Assembly (NCBI GenBank): GCA_035623755.1
Contig: DASPSV010000110.1
Coordinates: 1 to 61,422 of the forward strand
Origin: Gemmatimonadales bacterium
Lineage (GTDB): Bacteria > Gemmatimonadota > Gemmatimonadetes > Gemmatimonadales > JACORV01
Direction: 5' to 3'
DNA: 61,422 nt
Position 1 is the first letter of the stretch. Every line of letters begins with the position of its first letter. The notes under the pieces are model-generated. The model had not been told where the DNA came from and ran no database searches. It saw nothing but the letters and a program-made list of their open reading frames with translations. A program made the position numbers and the translations under genes. Below, in pieces: positions 8,997 through 17,903 of the stretch.

Positions 8997-10165
8997 CCGC
9001 CCCGGGCACCACCACACCCCCGAAGCCGCGCGCCGGCAGGCTGCGGCGCGTCGCCGTCAACGTGGCCGCGCTCGGCGGCGCGATCGTCGTCGCGCTGCTC
9101 CTGGCGGAGGCGGCGGTGCGGATCGTCGCGCCGCAGCAGCTCATCATCGTGCGCCCGGACATCTGGGCGCCGGCCGACTCGGTGGGGTGGGTCAACAAGG
9201 CCGACGTCTCCACCACGATCAACACCGGCGAGCGCACGGTGCACCTCTACACCGACGCGCAGGGGATGCGGGTCGGCGCCTCGGGCCGCCACGACGCCCC
9301 GACGCGGGTGCTGATCATCGGCGACTCGTTCATGGAGGCGCTGCAGGTGGAGTACGAGCAGAGCTTCGCCGGCCTGCTCGAGCCCGGGCTGACGGCCCGG
9401 CTGCACCGCCCGGTCTCGGTGTGGGACGCGGGCGTGGACGGCTGGGACCCGCCGCAGTACCTGATCCGCTCGCGCCAGCTGCTGAACCGGGAGCACTTCG
9501 ACGAGGTGATCGTCGCGATCTACCTCGGCAACGACATCGTCAAGAAGCGGTGGGACTACCTCCCGCCGCGCACGCCGGAGGTCAAGCACGGCGTGCGGCT
9601 GCCGCGGTCGCTCCACTGGGGCGAGTTCGTGGACGCGGTGCTGTACCCGGTCAACGACCTGCTGAAGCGCCACTCGCAGCTGTTCAACCTGCTCAAGAAC
9701 CGGCTGCAGACGCTGCGGCAGCGCGCGGGCGTGACGGCCGACTACTTCCCCAGCGAGCTGCGCACCAGCGAGGCGCGGGCGCCGCGGTGGGCGATCGCGG
9801 GCCAGATCTGCTCGGAGATCGCGCAGGCCGCCGCCGCCCGGAAGGTGCCGGCGCTGTTCCTCCTGATCCCGTCCCCGTTCGAGGTGGACTCGGAGGACCT
9901 GCGCTCGTTCATGAAGGGCTTCCACATCGATCCGGCGACCGTGGACGTGGATCAGCCCACCCGGCTGGTGGAGGCGGCGCTGCGCGGGCACGCTCTCGCC
10001 GTGCTGCCGCTGCTGGCCGACTTCCGGCAGGTGCATCAGAGCGGGGTCGGGCTGTACGGGAAGGTGGACCGGCACCTGACGCCGGCGGGGAACCGCGAGC
10101 TGGAGCGGATGGTCGAGCCGGTCGCGGCGCAGCAGCTCGGCGGCCTTCGACCACCGCCACCGTAG
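8993..10165 (+). CDS. Membrane-anchored SGNH/GDSL-family hydrolase or acyl-esterase
   Basis: Last 390 codons of tracked ORF 6989..10165(+). ATG at 8993. N-terminal TM 'VAVNVAALGGAIVVALLLAEAAV'. Block I 'VLIIGDSFME' and block V 'DRHLTPAGN' (DxxH). Confidence 0.75.
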   Translation: MTAPGTTTPPKPRAGRLRRVAVNVAALGGAIVVALLLAEAAVRIVAPQQLIIVRPDIWAPADSVGWVNKADVSTTINTGERTVHLYTDAQGMRVGASGRHDAPTRVLIIGDSFMEALQVEYEQSFAGLLEPGLTARLHRPVSVWDAGVDGWDPPQYLIRSRQLLNREHFDEVIVAIYLGNDIVKKRWDYLPPRTPEVKHGVRLPRSLHWGEFVDAVLYPVNDLLKRHSQLFNLLKNRLQTLRQRAGVTADYFPSELRTSEARAPRWAIAGQICSEIAQAAAARKVPALFLLIPSPFEVDSEDLRSFMKGFHIDPATVDVDQPTRLVEAALRGHALAVLPLLADFRQVHQSGVGLYGKVDRHLTPAGNRELERMVEPVAAQQLGGLRPPPP

Positions 10166-10167
10166 CC

Positions 10168-10974
10168 CTAGGGCAGCACCCTCCGCACCACTCCCAGGAA
10201 CGCGCGCCGCCAGCGCGCGTAGCGGCTCGGGCCGAGGAAGCGCCGGAGCGAGCCGAGGGCCGACTCCCGCGCGCGGCGCAGCGCCGCCAGCGACGGATCG
10301 GCCGCGAGGATGCGGCCGAACTCGGCCGCGTCCGCGGCGCCGCGCACCGTCGCGCGGCGGATCCACGCCACCTGCCGCCCGCCGGCCCCCTCGGGCCCGA
10401 CGCGGTTCGTGCCCCAGCGCGAGGTCGCCACGACGCGGTAGCCCGCCGCCCCGAGCAGCGGCCGCAGCGCGCGGCGCGGCGCGTCGCCGCCCGGCAGCGC
10501 GAGCGCGACGGTCTCCTGACCCAGCGCCGCGTCGATCTCCGCCCGCGCGCCGCCGACCTCCCGCTCGAGCGCCGCCGCGTCCAGCTCCGAGAGGAAGGGA
10601 TGCGTGCGGGTGTGGGACCCGATCTCCATGCCGGCCTTCCGCATCTCGCGCAGCTGGTCCCAGCTGACGTAGCCGGGCTGCCCGACCCGGGTCGTCACGA
10701 CGAAGAACGTCGCGCTCATGCCGTGCGCGACCAGCTCCGGGAAGGCGTTCTGGTAGTGGTCGATCGTGCCGTCGTCGAACGTGATCGCCACGCGCGCCCC
10801 GTCGCCCGCGCGGGCCGCCTCGCTCACCGTGCAGCCGCGGCGCCCGGCCGCGGCGATGGCGTCGAGGTGCCGGCCGAAGGTCGCGCGCGAGACGGCGAAC
10901 CAGCTGCCGACGGACCGGCCGGGCTCGCCGCCGGTCACCTCGTGGTACATGAGGCAGACCCAGCCGCGGCTCAC
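10168..10974 (-). CDS. Polysaccharide deacetylase (CE4 / NodB homology)
   Basis: Last 268 codons of tracked ORF 10168..12054(-). The GTG at 10974 overlaps the upstream GT stop (GTGA). NodB motifs 'ITFDDG', 'GSHTRTHP' and 'LALPGG'. The ATG 8 codons downstream is an alternative start. Confidence 0.8.
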   Translation of the reverse strand: MSRGWVCLMYHEVTGGEPGRSVGSWFAVSRATFGRHLDAIAAAGRRGCTVSEAARAGDGARVAITFDDGTIDHYQNAFPELVAHGMSATFFVVTTRVGQPGYVSWDQLREMRKAGMEIGSHTRTHPFLSELDAAALEREVGGARAEIDAALGQETVALALPGGDAPRRALRPLLGAAGYRVVATSRWGTNRVGPEGAGGRQVAWIRRATVRGAADAAEFGRILAADPSLAALRRARESALGSLRRFLGPSRYARWRRAFLGVVRRVLP

Positions 10975-12164
10975 GTCGCCTGCCGCGCGGGCGGCCGGCG
11001 GGCCACGGTCTCGCCCAGGATGCCCAGGAACTCGGCCGCGCGCTTCTCCCAGGTGTGCTGGCGGGCGACGGCCTGGCGGCGCGCGCGGGCGGCGGGGTCG
11101 CGCTCGGCCACGGCGCGCGCGACCGCGGCGGCGAACGCGTCGCGATCTCCCGCGACGGCGACGCTGTCCCGGTACTTGAGCGCCTCGGGGATGTCGGTGG
11201 TCACGACCGGGATCCCCGCCGCCAGGTACTCGAGCAGCTTGAGGGGATCCACCGACCGCGTCTCGTCGTTGAGGAAGTACGGGATGAGCCCGACGTCGAA
11301 CGCCTGCACGTACGCCGGCAGCTCCGCGTACGGCCGCGCGCCGAGGCAGTGGACGTTGGGCAGGGCGAGCGGGCCCGTGTCCACCGCGACCGGGCCGACG
11401 AGCACCAGCGATCCCCTGGGGTGCTCCTCGGCGAGCCGGCGCAGCAGGGCCAGGTCCACGCGGTCGTACAGCCCGCCGGCGAACCCGATGAGGGGCCGCG
11501 GCAGCCCCGCCAGCTCGGCCGGCACCGGCCGCGGCGCCGAGAAGTGGTCGTAGTTGACGCCCTGCGGCAGGTAGTGCGCGACGCCCGAGCGCGGGACCTT
11601 GATCAGCGTCAGGCTCTTCGCCGTGCACACGACGGTGTCCACGCGCGCCAGCAGCCGCTCCTCGAGCGGGCCGATCATCTCGGCGGTGGCGCTCGGCAGG
11701 TGGAGGAAATCGTCCATGCAGATGTAGACCGCCGCGCGCTCGCCGAGGCGGCCGAGCGTGCCCACCGAGGGCGGCGAGCCCGTCACGACGAGCGGCGGCG
11801 CGGCCAGGCCGAGCCGGGCGAGGGCGCCGCGGATCGCGGCGACCATGGCGCGCACGTTGTAGCGGTACACCAGCCGGTGGTCGTGCCATGGGAAGACGCG
11901 CGGCTGGACGATCGCGGCGGGATCGGGGTAGCCGGCGCCGCCCACCAGCGGCGAGGTCTTGGCGCCGCCGAGCATGGCGCGGGCCTTGTGGAGCGCGCGG
12001 CCGAAGTCGGCCATGCCCAGGCGCGGCTTCCGGTGGCCGATCCCGTTGACCCACACGACCGGGTAGTCGGGGATGATCCAGCGGAACAGGTGCTGCATGG
12101 TGGACACGTTCCGCCCCCAGTCGTCGCCGAAGACGACGATGGGGGTGCCCGCCGGCAGCGTCAC
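10971..12164 (-). CDS. GT-B fold glycosyltransferase (GT1/GT4-like, TuaH-like)
   Basis: Last 397 codons of tracked ORF 10971..12869(-). The GTG at 12164 overlaps the methyltransferase stop (GTGA). 'LIGFAGGLYDRVD' and 'DPLKLLEYLAAGIPVVTTDI' form the nucleotide-sugar binding half. Confidence 0.8.
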   Translation of the reverse strand: MTLPAGTPIVVFGDDWGRNVSTMQHLFRWIIPDYPVVWVNGIGHRKPRLGMADFGRALHKARAMLGGAKTSPLVGGAGYPDPAAIVQPRVFPWHDHRLVYRYNVRAMVAAIRGALARLGLAAPPLVVTGSPPSVGTLGRLGERAAVYICMDDFLHLPSATAEMIGPLEERLLARVDTVVCTAKSLTLIKVPRSGVAHYLPQGVNYDHFSAPRPVPAELAGLPRPLIGFAGGLYDRVDLALLRRLAEEHPRGSLVLVGPVAVDTGPLALPNVHCLGARPYAELPAYVQAFDVGLIPYFLNDETRSVDPLKLLEYLAAGIPVVTTDIPEALKYRDSVAVAGDRDAFAAAVARAVAERDPAARARRQAVARQHTWEKRAAEFLGILGETVARRPPARQAT

Positions 12165-12862
12165 GCCGGGCGCTTCTCGAGGATGATGAGGAACTTGTTG
12201 GCGCGGAACCGGTTCGGCAGCCAGGCCGTGAGCGTCTCGTAGCTGTTGCGCAGCCAGCCCAGGTTGTCGGACCACTTGCGGTCCACGTAGTGCACGCCGG
12301 TGGTGCGGAAGCCGAGCCGCGTGAACACCGACGCGACCGGGCCCGGGCGCAGCGCCCGCTGGTTGGGCGTCATCGCCGAGATGCCGACGAACCGGTTGAC
12401 GACGTTGTTGGCCATCCAGGTGAGCATGTTCTGCGCGTTGGGCTCGTAGGCGATGACCTTGTCGCGGGCGATGCGGGTCAGCTCCTGCGGCAGCTTGTCG
12501 AGCTTGGGGAAGTGGTGCAGCAGCAGGAACGTCCACGCCACGCTGACGGCGCCGCTCCGCAGCGGCAGCTGCTCGGCGTCGGCGACGAAGAACCGCCCGT
12601 GCAGGTTCTCCTTCGCGAACCGCGCCCGGGCCGACTTCACGCCCTCGCGGGTGAGGTCCACCGCGATGACGTCGCAGCCGCGGCGCGCGAGCCGCACGGC
12701 GTGGGCGCCGGTGCCGCAGCCGAGATCGAGGACCGGCCCCGCCGGAGGCTTGGGCAGCGCCAGCGCGTGCAGCTCGTCGTACCCGCTGGTGATGTGCTCG
12801 TTCTCCGGGTTCTTCTCGAACAGGTCGGCGTAGAACTTCCGTTCGGCCACGAGGTCTTGCAT
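12161..12862 (-). CDS. Class I SAM-dependent methyltransferase
   Basis: Motif I 'VLDLGCGTGAHA' and post-I 'VIAVDL'. ATG at 12862 with GGAGA about 11 nt upstream. Confidence 0.85.
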   Translation of the reverse strand: MQDLVAERKFYADLFEKNPENEHITSGYDELHALALPKPPAGPVLDLGCGTGAHAVRLARRGCDVIAVDLTREGVKSARARFAKENLHGRFFVADAEQLPLRSGAVSVAWTFLLLHHFPKLDKLPQELTRIARDKVIAYEPNAQNMLTWMANNVVNRFVGISAMTPNQRALRPGPVASVFTRLGFRTTGVHYVDRKWSDNLGWLRNSYETLTAWLPNRFRANKFLIILEKRPA

Positions 12863-13053
12863 CGGTCACCGGTCTCCTGGTGGGGCCGGGCCTTCACGGA
12901 AGGCCGGGCCGTCGGGTCGTCGGCGTGATCGGGAGCGCCCTGAATCATAGCGCCTCGCACGGCGCCGCGCGCCCCGCCCCCCGCCTCCGGGGGCCTGGTT
13001 ACATTACCCGTTCATCGTGGGTCATCCATTCTAGGGATCACACGGAAAAGGAC

Positions 13054-15204
13054 ATGAGCCGCCGACGCCAGACGCCACCGCTCATTCCTCCCGGCGACCT
13101 GCGCGCGGGGGACCCCATCGGCCGCCGGACCTTCGTCCAGACGGCGGGGGGCATCTTCGTCGCCGCCTCCGGCCTCGCGTGCTCCGACAAGATGTCGGCC
13201 GCGGGGATCCAGGCGGCCCCGCCGGACCCGTCGCTGTGCACCGTGACGGTGTCGCCGGCGGCGATCGTGGCCGGCGGGAAGTCCACGCTCACCCTGCAGG
13301 CCGTAGGCGCGTCGGGCGCGGACCTCACGACCGGCGGCGCCAGCGTCGTGTTCACCGCCTCGGGCGGCACGGCCACCGGCAGCGTCTCGGCCACGACCGA
13401 TCACGGCGACGGTACGTACACGGCCGTCTACACGGGGACGGGTGCGGGCACGCCGCAGACGATCGGGGCGACGATCAACGGCTCGGCCGTCACGACCACC
13501 CTGCCGACGATCACGGTGACCTCGGCCGTGGTGGACGCCACCCACTGCACCGTGTCGGTCTCGGCGTCCGCGATCGCGGTCGGCGGGGTCTCCACACTCA
13601 CGCTGCGGGCCCGGAACGCGTCGGGGATCCCGCTCGCGACCGGCGGCGCCACGGTGGCGTTCAGCGCCAGCGGCGGCACGGCGAGCGGCACCATCTCGAA
13701 CACGGTGGACAACGGGGACGGCACCTACACCGCCGTCTACACCGCCACGGGCGCGGGCACGGCGCAGACCATCGGCGCGACCGTGAACGGTGCGGCGGTC
13801 ACGACCACCCTGCCGACGATCACGGTGACCACGGCGGCGCAGGCGCCCGACCCGACCAAGTGCACCCTGACGGTCTCGGCCGCGTCGATCCCGGTGGGCG
13901 GCACGTCCACGCTCACGCTGCAGGCGAAGAACTCGGCGGGCACGAACCTCACCACCGGCGGGGCCGCCGTGACCTTCACGGCGAGCGGCGGCACCGCGAC
14001 GGGCACGATCTCGGCCACGGTGGACAACGGGAACGGCACCTACACGGCCGTCTATACGGCGAGCGCCGCCGGCACCGCCCAGACGATCGGCGCGACCGTC
14101 AACACGGTGGCCGTCTCGACGACGCTGCCGACCATCACGGTGACCGCGGCGAACACGGTGCCCGACGCGACCAAGTGCACGGTGACGGCCGCGCCCGCGT
14201 CGGTGGCGGTCAACGGCACGTCCACCCTCACGCTCCAGGCCAAGAACTCGTCCGGCGTGAACATCACGGTGGGCGGCGCGACGGTGGTGTTCACCGCGAG
14301 CGGCGGCACGGCGACCGGCACGGTCTCCGCCACCACCGACCACGGCAACGGGACCTACACCGCGGTCTACACCGGGACGGCCGCCGGCACCGCCCAGACC
14401 GTCGGCGCCACCATCAACGGCGCGACGGTCACGACGGCCATGCCGAGCATCACGGTCACCACCTCCGGGTTCGCGACGCCCGACGTCATCAACAACTGGG
14501 GCTTCGAGAGCGGCTGGGGGCCGTTCAACAACGGCGGCGGGCAGCCGCCCGACGCGGTGATCGCGACCGACTACGCCTACGAGGGCACGCACTCGGCCAA
14601 GTACGCGTTCGTGCCGAACCCCGTCAACGACGCCGGCGCCAGCATGTACTCGGAGTCGTCCGCCCAGTACGACCGGCTGTGGGTGCGGGTGTACGTCCGC
14701 CTCACGAACTACATCACGACCCAGTGGAAGTTCATCCGGTTCTACGATTCGGCGGGCTTCAACACCAACCTGGGCGGGATCTTCCTCAGCTCCGACTCCG
14801 AGGGCTCGGGAAACGGCCTGGTGTGCATCGGCTGGGACCAGGAGGACAGCAACATCGTGACGACGGTCGGGCTCCTCGACGCCCAGGTCATCGACGGCAA
14901 CTGGCACTGCTGGGAGCTGGACTTCCAGCGGAACGGCGGCTCGAGCGGCTACCCTGAGGCCCAGTTCTGGTTCGACGGGAAGGCCCAGTACCCGGAGTAC
15001 AACGGCAATTCGACCGTGCAGTACGCCGGCGCGGGCAACTCGTCCACCTGGGTGAACGGGCGCCTCAACGCCGGCCAGCGTACGAGCAGCACGAAGATCG
15101 GGGCCATCGAGTGGATGGGTACGCTGAACCACCAGAACACCACCGCCGGCCAGTGCAATATGGACTACATCGGCGTCAGCTCGCTCGGGCGCGTCGGTCC
15201 GTGA
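13054..15204 (+). CDS. Secreted (Tat-signal) protein with four tandem Ig-like domains and a C-terminal jelly-roll (ConA-like lectin/glucanase or lyase-like) domain
   Basis: The ATG at 13054 is verified, with 'ggaaaagga' upstream. Twin-arginine motif 'GRRTFVQ' followed by 'GLAC'. Four ~104-aa repeats. The C-terminal ~250 aa ('NNWGFESGW...WHCWELDF...AQFWFDGK') resembles a beta-jelly-roll carbohydrate-active domain. The exact family was not identified. Confidence 0.8.
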   Translation: MSRRRQTPPLIPPGDLRAGDPIGRRTFVQTAGGIFVAASGLACSDKMSAAGIQAAPPDPSLCTVTVSPAAIVAGGKSTLTLQAVGASGADLTTGGASVVFTASGGTATGSVSATTDHGDGTYTAVYTGTGAGTPQTIGATINGSAVTTTLPTITVTSAVVDATHCTVSVSASAIAVGGVSTLTLRARNASGIPLATGGATVAFSASGGTASGTISNTVDNGDGTYTAVYTATGAGTAQTIGATVNGAAVTTTLPTITVTTAAQAPDPTKCTLTVSAASIPVGGTSTLTLQAKNSAGTNLTTGGAAVTFTASGGTATGTISATVDNGNGTYTAVYTASAAGTAQTIGATVNTVAVSTTLPTITVTAANTVPDATKCTVTAAPASVAVNGTSTLTLQAKNSSGVNITVGGATVVFTASGGTATGTVSATTDHGNGTYTAVYTGTAAGTAQTVGATINGATVTTAMPSITVTTSGFATPDVINNWGFESGWGPFNNGGGQPPDAVIATDYAYEGTHSAKYAFVPNPVNDAGASMYSESSAQYDRLWVRVYVRLTNYITTQWKFIRFYDSAGFNTNLGGIFLSSDSEGSGNGLVCIGWDQEDSNIVTTVGLLDAQVIDGNWHCWELDFQRNGGSSGYPEAQFWFDGKAQYPEYNGNSTVQYAGAGNSSTWVNGRLNAGQRTSSTKIGAIEWMGTLNHQNTTAGQCNMDYIGVSSLGRVGP
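13219..14463 (+). repeat. Four tandem ~310-bp coding repeats (Ig-like/Big_1-like domains)
   Basis: The unit recurs four times at the protein level: 'C-T-[VL]-[TS]-[VA]...[GV]STLTLQA...GGA.V.F[TS]ASGGTA[TS]G[TS][IV]S.T.D.G[DN]GTYTAVYT...AGT.QT[IV]GAT[IV]N...LP[TS]ITVT'. Long near-identical DNA stretches are present. Confidence 0.9.
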
Positions 15205-15237
15205 CCGTGGCGGCCGCGAGGCGCACCGCGTAGCATA

Positions 15238-15268
15238 CCGGGGCCGGCGACGGCCCCGGCGTCGTTTC
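15238..15268 (+). terminator. Candidate intrinsic terminator after the Ig-repeat gene
   Basis: Hairpin CCGGGGCC-ggcgac-GGCCCCGG (15238-15259) is followed by 'cgtcgtttcgg'. It lies 34 nt after the stop at 15204. The T-tract is weak. Confidence 0.45.
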
Positions 15269-15300
15269 GGGGCGGCCGGCATCCCCGAGCCGCGCCGCCA

Positions 15301-16464
15301 GTGGAGGACCGGATCCAAGCCGAAGCGCCGCCCGCCATCCGCGTCACCCACGTCGTCTTCGACTTCGAAGGCGGCGGCCTCGAGAGCATGGTGGCCGCGA
15401 TGGCCGCGAAGTTCCGCGGCACCACCGTCGCGACCTCGCTGATCACGCTCGGCGGCCGCGTCGGCCGGCTCGGCGCCGCCACGCGCGAGCGCTTCGACCA
15501 GTTCGTGGTGGCGCGGCCCACGCGGGGCCTCTCGATGCTCCTGCCCCTCGGCCTCGCCGCGGACATCCGCCGCACCCGCGCCGACGTGGTGCACGTCCAC
15601 AGCGGGTCCTGGTACAAGGGCGCCAAGGCGGCGCGGCTCGCCGGCGTCGGCCGGGTGGTGTACACCGAGCACGGCCGCGAGCACGACGATCCGCGGCTGA
15701 TGCGGTGGCTCGACCGCCGAGCCGCGGCCCGCACCGACGTCGTGGTGGCCGTGTCGACGCGGCTCCGGGACTACCTCGCGGGCGCGGTCGGCGTGGACGC
15801 GGTGAAGCTGCGCGTGGTGCACAACGCGGTGGACACGTCGGTGTTCGCGCCGGGGCCGGCGCCCGCCGACCTCAGGGCGGCGCTCAAGATCCCGCCGGAC
15901 GCGCTGGTCGTGGGCAGCGTGGGCCGGCTCGAGGCGGTGAAGGCGTACGAGCGGCTGGTCGACGCGGCCGCGGCCCTGCGCGGGCGGCTGCCCTGCCCGC
16001 TCGCCGTCGTGATCTGCGGCGACGGGAGTCTCAAGCACGAGCTGCGCGCCCGCGCCGAGCGCCTCGGCGTGGGCGACCAGGTGTACCTGCCGGGATGGAC
16101 CGACCAGCCGGTGCGCTTCTACCGGCTGCTGGACGCGTTCGTGCTCTGCTCGCGGAGCGAGGGGGAATCGGTGAGCCTGATGGAGGCGATGGCCTGCGGG
16201 ATCCCGCCGGTGGTGACCGACGTCGGCGCCAGCGCCGAGATCGTGGGCGGCGAGCTGGCCGCGCAGGTGGTGCCGGCCGGGCGCGAGGCATCGCTCCCGG
16301 ACGTGATCGCCGCGACGCTGCGCCGGCCCCCCCCCGACCGCGCGGCCCTCGGCGCGGCGGCCCGGCGGCGTGCGGCGGCGCACTACGGCCTCGACGGCAT
16401 GATCGCGGCGTACGAGCGGCTGTATCGCGAAGGGCTCGCGGCGACCGCCGCGGAGGCGGACTGA
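15301..16464 (+). CDS. Family-4 glycosyltransferase
   Basis: 'IRVTHVVFDFEGGGLE' N-terminus. 'CSRSEGESVSLMEAMACGIPPVVTDVGASAEIV' EX7E region. GTG start at 15301; the exact start is uncertain. Confidence 0.85.
   Translation: MEDRIQAEAPPAIRVTHVVFDFEGGGLESMVAAMAAKFRGTTVATSLITLGGRVGRLGAATRERFDQFVVARPTRGLSMLLPLGLAADIRRTRADVVHVHSGSWYKGAKAARLAGVGRVVYTEHGREHDDPRLMRWLDRRAAARTDVVVAVSTRLRDYLAGAVGVDAVKLRVVHNAVDTSVFAPGPAPADLRAALKIPPDALVVGSVGRLEAVKAYERLVDAAAALRGRLPCPLAVVICGDGSLKHELRARAERLGVGDQVYLPGWTDQPVRFYRLLDAFVLCSRSEGESVSLMEAMACGIPPVVTDVGASAEIVGGELAAQVVPAGREASLPDVIAATLRRPPPDRAALGAAARRRAAAHYGLDGMIAAYERLYREGLAATAAEAD
16327..16335. repeat. Homopolymer C9 inside the GT4 gene
   Basis: Read directly: 'cgccggcccc cccccgaccg', encoding Pro-Pro-Pro. 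Confidence 0.95.
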
Positions 16465-16465
16465 C

Positions 16466-17590
16466 GTGGCCGGGGGACGGCTGAAGCAGGCGGCGGCCGC
16501 ACTCGCCCTGGTGGTGGGCGCGCTGCTGGTGGCCGCGGTGCTCGCCGAGGGCGCGCTGCGCGCGCTGGCGGCGGCGGGCAATCGGCTCGCGAAGCAGGTG
16601 GCCGCGGTGGATCCGTTCGCCATCAAGATCGAGCCACACGGCGCCTTCGGATACCGCCAGCGGCCGGGCGCGGTGCTGCTCTACGCCAACGGCACGCGGG
16701 CCACCGCGAACGCCGAGGGATTCCGCGGGCCGGAGGTCGCGGTCCCGAAGCCGGCCGGCACGTACCGCGTCGTGCTGCTGGGCGAGTCCTCGACGCACGG
16801 CTGGTACGTCAGCGACAGCGAGACGATCGACGCGTACCTGCGGGGCATCCTCGCGGCCCGGCGGCCGGACCTGCGCACCGAGGTGGTGAACCTCGCCTAC
16901 GACGGCTACGACGCGTACCAGATGTGGCAGCGGCTGCTGGACGACGGGACGAAGTTCCAGCCGGACCTCGTGATCGTGAACGCGGGCGTGAACGACGTGC
17001 GCAACGCGAAGTACCGCGGCCTGCGCGACCCCGACCCGCGCACGCTGATCTGGGAGGGGGACCTCGTGCGCCTCCGGCAGGAGCAGGCCGCCGGCGGGCC
17101 GTCGCTGAAGACGCGCCTCAAGCACCTGCTGTACCTGGCGCGGCTGCCCGGCGTGGTGCGCGAGAACCTCGCGCGGGCGCGGCGCGCCCGCAGCGGCGCC
17201 GCGGCGGCGGGGCCCTTCCCCGATGCCGCCGACAACTTCCAGAAGAACATCGAGCGGGTGGCCGCCGTGGCCCACGGCCTCGGCGCGACGCTGCTCCTCT
17301 CGACGCCGCCCTCGGCGCTGGCCCTGCGCGACGCGCCGCGCGAGATGCCGCCGCGCGACTACTGGCTCGCGGACGCGGCCACCACCCAGCGCTACCGTGA
17401 CACGCTGGCGGCGCGCCTGGGGGCCGTCGCGGCCAGGCTCGCCGCCGCGGGAGGGCCGGTGCGCCTGGTGAGCCACGCGCTCCCGGGACGCCTGTTCCTC
17501 GACGACGTGCACCTCACGCCCGAGGGCAACCGCGCGATGGCCGAGGACTTCGCCGCCGCGATCGCGCCGTTCCTGCCCGCGAAGCGCTGA
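16466..17590 (+). CDS. Membrane-anchored SGNH-family hydrolase or acyl-esterase (block I variant GESS)
   Basis: The GTG at 16466 lies 1 nt after the upstream TGA. N-terminal TM helix. Block I 'VVLLGESSTHG', block III 'VIVNAGVNDV', block V 'DDVHLTPEGN'. Confidence 0.75.
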   Translation: MAGGRLKQAAAALALVVGALLVAAVLAEGALRALAAAGNRLAKQVAAVDPFAIKIEPHGAFGYRQRPGAVLLYANGTRATANAEGFRGPEVAVPKPAGTYRVVLLGESSTHGWYVSDSETIDAYLRGILAARRPDLRTEVVNLAYDGYDAYQMWQRLLDDGTKFQPDLVIVNAGVNDVRNAKYRGLRDPDPRTLIWEGDLVRLRQEQAAGGPSLKTRLKHLLYLARLPGVVRENLARARRARSGAAAAGPFPDAADNFQKNIERVAAVAHGLGATLLLSTPPSALALRDAPREMPPRDYWLADAATTQRYRDTLAARLGAVAARLAAAGGPVRLVSHALPGRLFLDDVHLTPEGNRAMAEDFAAAIAPFLPAKR

Positions 17591-17903
17591 GCGGCGCGGG
17601 CCGCGCGGAACACGCCGCGGGCGTCGCGTGCGCGCCGCGCGACCGCGTCCGGGCCTACGTCCGCTGTTGCGCGGGCGCCACTGCTCGAACCGCAGCGCAT
17701 CTTCCGCATCGCGGAACCCGAACCGGCGCCACGAGATACCGCGCGGTTGCGCGCAGCCGCGGATGGGCACGAGATTTGTTGATCGTCTACAGGATTCACG
17801 CTGCGAGCGGCCGCCCGGTAACGTCGGTCCGCTGCGTTCCCGATCATCCCCGTCGTGAGGCAGGCATCTGACTCAGGCTCCGTTGCCCCAGTTCCTTCCG
17901 CTG

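Noticed and set aside
7059-9017. 652-aa minus-strand ORF antisense to asnB
   Set aside because: asnB has the MCGIVG and SGGLDS hallmarks. The antisense frame has none.
13219-14463. Periodic ~310-bp repeats that could be mistaken for a repeat array or CRISPR-like structure
   Set aside because: The units are contiguous, in frame and encode Ig-like domains of one protein. There are no short direct repeats with unique spacers and no cas genes anywhere in the window.
13012-16626. 1204-aa minus-strand ORF, one of the longest in the track
   Set aside because: It is antisense to the well-supported Ig-repeat gene, GT4 and SGNH genes. The translation is dominated by Arg/Gly/Pro/His/Asp with no recognisable motifs. 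This is the typical open antisense frame of very GC-rich coding DNA.
17591-17903. About 310-nt non-coding gap before the wzy-like gene, including tracked ORFs 17628..17858(+) and 17392..17928(-)
   Set aside because: The ORF translations are Arg/Pro/Ser-rich junk. I found no convincing promoter, terminator or RNA motif. The start of the wzy-like gene (TTG 17883 versus ATG 17904) remains uncertain.
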